A DNA stretch of 64,000 nucleotides from contig OZ245843.1 in NCBI GenBank assembly GCA_965228875.1, forward strand, positions 124,001-188,000, read 5' to 3'. The notes beneath the pieces are model-generated. The model was not told where the DNA came from, did not search any database, and worked only from the letters and a program-made list of their open reading frames with translations. Made by a program: the position numbers and the translations under genes. Source of the stretch: Thalassobaculaceae bacterium. GTDB lineage: Bacteria > Pseudomonadota > Alphaproteobacteria > Thalassobaculales > Thalassobaculaceae. Shown here piece by piece: positions 60,475 through 64,000 of the stretch (positions within the stretch are counted from its first letter, which is position 1; each line of letters starts with the position of its first letter).

Positions 60475-61383
60475 ATGCCGATCTGGGCGATCATCGCCGG
60501 TCTGGCCGCGTTCGCGCAGACCGCGCGCAATGCCGGGCAGAAGCATCTGTCCGCCAGCATGTCCGCCTGGAGCGCGAGCTGGGTGCGGTTCCTGTTCGGC
60601 CTGCCGTTCGCGCTTGGCTACCTGGCCTTCGCCGTTGGCCGCCGCGACCTGCCGGCGCCGGAGGTGCATGGTGAGTTCTTCGCCTGGTGCGCCGCCACGG
60701 CGGTGGCGCAGATCCTGGCCACGGTGCTGCTGGTCAAACTGTTCGGGCTGCGCAACTTCGCCGTCGGTTCAGCTTATGCCCGGACCGAGACCATCCCGAC
60801 CGCGGTGCTCGGCGCCAGCGTGTTCGGCGAGTCGATCGACGCCGCGGGCTGGATCGCGATCCTGGTCAGTGGCGTCGGTGTGATGCTGATCAGCCTGGCG
60901 CGCCAGGGTGTGGGCCTGGCGGCGTTGCTCGGTTCGGCGTTCAACCGGGCGGCCGGGATCGGTCTGCTGTCCGGCCTGTTCTTCGCGCTCGCCTCGCTGT
61001 TCCTGCGTCAGGCCAGTCTGTCGCTGGGCGATGGCGACGTCATGACCACCGCGGCGATGACCCTGGTCGCGGTGATCGCGATGCAGACGGTCGCTCTGGG
61101 GATCTATATCGCCGCCACCCGGCCGTACGAGGTCGCGACGATAGCCCGCGCCTGGAAAGCGGCGCTGTTCGTTGGCCTTACCAGCGCGCTCGGCTCCGCC
61201 GGCTGGTTCACGGCGATGACGATCGAGCGGGCGTCGTACGTGAAGGCGGTCGGCCAGGTCGAGTTCGTGCTGGCGATCGCGGTCTCGATCCTGGTCTTCA
61301 AGGAGCGCCCGAGCCTGCGCGAGATCGTCGGCATGAGCCTCGTCGCGGTCGGAATCGTCGTTCTGCTGGTCTATGCCAAATGA
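60475..61383 (+). CDS. DMT/EamA family transporter
   Basis: QTARNAGQK, RNFAVGSAYARTE, GWFTAM..ASYVKAVGQVE. Confidence 0.87.
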   Translation: MPIWAIIAGLAAFAQTARNAGQKHLSASMSAWSASWVRFLFGLPFALGYLAFAVGRRDLPAPEVHGEFFAWCAATAVAQILATVLLVKLFGLRNFAVGSAYARTETIPTAVLGASVFGESIDAAGWIAILVSGVGVMLISLARQGVGLAALLGSAFNRAAGIGLLSGLFFALASLFLRQASLSLGDGDVMTTAAMTLVAVIAMQTVALGIYIAATRPYEVATIARAWKAALFVGLTSALGSAGWFTAMTIERASYVKAVGQVEFVLAIAVSILVFKERPSLREIVGMSLVAVGIVVLLVYAK

Positions 61384-61406
61384 CGGTCCCGCAGTAGACT
61401 GGCGCC

Positions 61407-61733
61407 ATGACAGAGGAACGGAACACTACCGAGGGTTTCTGGCATCGACCGGTCACCCGCGGCGTCGTCAACGGCGTGGTCTTCGCCGGTCTGTTGATGG
61501 CGATACAGACGGGGGGCCTGTTCAACGCGGCGCGCCCGCTCACCCAGGACCTGTTCGTCGAGGGCGCGTTCGCCGGCGTGATCTTCGGCTTCGTGATGTA
61601 CGTCATCGAGCTGTGGAAGAAGCAGCGCCGGATGAACGCCGAGAAGGCCGCGCGGCTGGCGGTCGAGCGCCGCCTCGAGGAAGAAGAAGAAAAGACCGAC
61701 GGGGAGGAACGGGAGGATGATCGGCGAGGCTGA
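61407..61733 (+). CDS. Hypothetical small 2-TM protein with charged tail
   Basis: Two hydrophobic segments, acidic/basic C-terminus, operon position. Confidence 0.75.
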   Translation: MTEERNTTEGFWHRPVTRGVVNGVVFAGLLMAIQTGGLFNAARPLTQDLFVEGAFAGVIFGFVMYVIELWKKQRRMNAEKAARLAVERRLEEEEEKTDGEEREDDRRG

Positions 61734-62607
61734 CGTCGCGTTCTATCGCGAGCATGGCTATCTTGTGGTCGAGAACGTCTATGCGCCGGAGGAGGTGCAG
61801 GCGATGCGCGATGCCCTTGCCGGCCTGATCGATCGGGCGCGCGGGCTCACCGACCATGACAGCGTCTATGATCTTGAGCCGGGGCACACGCCCGAGGCGC
61901 CGCGGGTCCGCCGGATCAAGAACCCGTTCGACGCCGACCCCGTGTTCCGCGACATGGTCGAGCATCCGAACCTGACCGCGGTGCTGTCGCGGATCGTCTC
62001 GCCGGACCTCCGCCTGCATGGGGGGAAGATCAATATCAAGGCGGCGGAATACGGCTCGCCGGTGGAGTGGCACCAGGACTGGGCGTTCTATCCGCACACC
62101 AACGACGACGTCCTTGCGGTCGGTGTCCTCCTGGAGGACGCAACCGAGGAGAACGGGCCTCTGCTCGTCATTCCCGGCAGCCACAAGGGACCGACCTGGG
62201 ACCATCATGTCGACGGACATTTCGCCGGCGCGATGGACCCGGATGCCTGCGGCATCGATTTCTCCCGCGCCGTGGCCCTGACCGGCAAGGCTGGAGCCTG
62301 CACCTTCCACCATGTGCGCGCGGTGCACGGCTCGGCCCAGAACACATCCGGGCGCGACCGGCCGCTCCTGCTGTACCAGGTGGCTGCCGCCGACGCCTGG
62401 GATCTGCGGGGCCTGCCGTCTTCCTGGGAGGAGAACGAGGGACGGATGATCGCCGGCACCTCGACCCTGAACCCGCGGGTGGTCGACTGCCCGGTGCGGC
62501 TGCCGTATCCGAAGGCGAAGCGCGAAGGCTCGATCTACGAGAACCAGACCGCGCTCAGAAACCGCTACTTCGCGTTCGATCCGAAGGTCGGCACGGCGGC
62601 GGAATAG
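61717..62607 (+). CDS. Phytanoyl-CoA dioxygenase (PhyH) family Fe(II)/2OG oxygenase
   Basis: FYREHGYLVV, WHQD (HxD), ENGPL.VIPGSH, HGSAQNTS. Confidence 0.9.
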   Translation: MIGEADVAFYREHGYLVVENVYAPEEVQAMRDALAGLIDRARGLTDHDSVYDLEPGHTPEAPRVRRIKNPFDADPVFRDMVEHPNLTAVLSRIVSPDLRLHGGKINIKAAEYGSPVEWHQDWAFYPHTNDDVLAVGVLLEDATEENGPLLVIPGSHKGPTWDHHVDGHFAGAMDPDACGIDFSRAVALTGKAGACTFHHVRAVHGSAQNTSGRDRPLLLYQVAAADAWDLRGLPSSWEENEGRMIAGTSTLNPRVVDCPVRLPYPKAKREGSIYENQTALRNRYFAFDPKVGTAAE

Positions 62608-62775
62608 CGGTCCGCGTCACCGGGGCGAACCCTGAACTTCCGAGTGGGGCGGTGTCCTTGTGCATGGGCCCGCCCTGCGGCGCCCCCGCCGGTGGAGGTG
62701 GGGCGGCACAGTCGGGGGTTTTCCTGCCCCGGCGGCGGGACTACGGTCTCCTGCCCAACGGCACAAGGAGCCACC

Positions 62776-63906
62776 GTGATCCAGATTTCGAGCCAGTTCG
62801 ACGGCGGCAACATCGAGGTTGTCGACGCCGCCGACCCGAGCGACATCCGCCTGCGCATCCGCAAGGACACCGGGTCCGACTTCTTCCAGTGGTTCTACTT
62901 CCGGGTCTCCGGCGCCAGGGGCGTCCCGCTGACCCTGACCATCGAGAATGCCGGGGCTTCCAGCTATCCCAAGGGCTGGGAGGACTACTGTGCCGTCGTC
63001 TCCGAGGACCGGGCGAACTGGTGGCGGACCGAGACCCGCTACGACGGCACTCGGCTGACAATTTCTCACACGCCGGAGACCGACCTCGCGTGGTTCGCCT
63101 ATTTCGCGCCCTACAACCTGGAGCAGCACGCCGATCTGGTCGCCTTCGCTCAGGCGGACGGGGCGGCGCAGGCCGAACGGCTGGGGTCCACTCTGGACGG
63201 CCGCGATCTGGACCTGCTGACCTTCGGGTCCGGCGAGAAACCGCTGTGGATTATCGCCCGTCAGCATCCGGGCGAGAGCATGGCCGGATGGTTCGTCGAG
63301 GGGCTGGTCGACCGGCTGTGCGACCCGCAGGATCCGGTGGCGCGCGGCCTGCTGTCTGCGGCGACGATCCGGCTGGTGCCCAACATGAACCCGGACGGTG
63401 TCTATCACGGCAACCTGCGCACCAATTCGGTCGGCACCAACCTGAACCGGGAGTGGCGCGAGCCGAGCCTGGAGAAGAGCCCCGAGGTATTTCACGTGGC
63501 CCAGCGCATGCGCGACACCGGCGTGGCGATGTGTCTGGACGCGCACGGCGACGAGGGGCTGCCCTACAACTTCATCGCGGGCTACGAGGGCGTGCCCGAC
63601 GTCACCGAGGCGCATCTGGCACCGCTCAACCGGTTCCGCGGCGAGTTGGCACGGCTGTCGCCGGACTTCCAGACCGAGCGCGGCTATCCCAAGGCCTCGC
63701 CGGGAAAGGGTAATCTGACCACGTCGACCGGGCATATCGCGCATACCTTCCGCTGCCCGGCCATGACACTGGAGATGCCGTTCAAGGACGCGGCCAACAA
63801 TCCGATGCCGGCGGTAGGCTGGTCGCCCGACCGCTGCAAGCATCTGGCGGGTCACTGTCTCGAAACGATGCTGCTGATGATCGACGACTGGGGGAGCGGG
63901 CTGTGA
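62776..63906 (+). CDS. M14 family (cytosolic carboxypeptidase-like) metallopeptidase
   Basis: ISSQFDGGNI, QWFYF, YFAPY, ARQHPGE, PNMNPDG, NLNR, LDAHGDE, TLEMPFKD. Confidence 0.92.
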   Translation: MIQISSQFDGGNIEVVDAADPSDIRLRIRKDTGSDFFQWFYFRVSGARGVPLTLTIENAGASSYPKGWEDYCAVVSEDRANWWRTETRYDGTRLTISHTPETDLAWFAYFAPYNLEQHADLVAFAQADGAAQAERLGSTLDGRDLDLLTFGSGEKPLWIIARQHPGESMAGWFVEGLVDRLCDPQDPVARGLLSAATIRLVPNMNPDGVYHGNLRTNSVGTNLNREWREPSLEKSPEVFHVAQRMRDTGVAMCLDAHGDEGLPYNFIAGYEGVPDVTEAHLAPLNRFRGELARLSPDFQTERGYPKASPGKGNLTTSTGHIAHTFRCPAMTLEMPFKDAANNPMPAVGWSPDRCKHLAGHCLETMLLMIDDWGSGL

Positions 63907-64000
63907 TCACCGTCTGGGGCCTGAAGAACTGCGATACCTGCAAGAAGGCCCGTGCCTGGCTGGAAGACAGGGGCGCGGATTTCGTCTTCAAGGACGTGCG
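63903..64000 (+). CDS. ArsC/YffB (Spx/MgsR) family protein, 3' part truncated by window end
   Basis: MITVWGLKNCDTCKKARAWLEDRGADFVFKDV; GTGA overlap with the previous stop. Confidence 0.88.
   Translation, partial: MITVWGLKNCDTCKKARAWLEDRGADFVFKDV

Overview
Core-chromosome segment of a GC-rich alphaproteobacterium (Rhodospirillales-like by gene content; inference). It holds about 58 genes, mostly housekeeping and catabolic: hspQ, class II ribonucleotide reductase nrdJ, the NDUFA12-mlaD-DUF2155 / aat-accC-accB-aroQ block, kynU, rpmJ (missed by the ORF track), glcDEF, lipB, tRNA-Leu(GAG), maeB, mgtE, ggt, acyl-CoA enzymes, BCCT and TAXI-TRAP transporters, five EamA transporters and pcaF/paaH-like genes. 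I saw no CRISPR array, prophage, integrase or transposase. The most notable items are: (1) a TonB-dependent receptor / YfiR / PleC-DivJ-type (PdhS-like) histidine kinase operon with no response regulator; (2) a degenerate receiver protein carrying the Cle-type YxGPDRR c-di-GMP motif, fused to a His-less Hpt-like domain; (3) an AT-rich foreign membrane-protein gene wedged between glcE and glcF; (4) an nrdJ control region with two tandem NrdR-box pairs plus DnaA boxes; (5) a long hairpin that occludes the RBS of an M14 peptidase gene; and (6) two families of intergenic palindromic repeats plus a 3x26 bp tandem repeat. All family calls come from recognising motifs by eye; no database searches were run.
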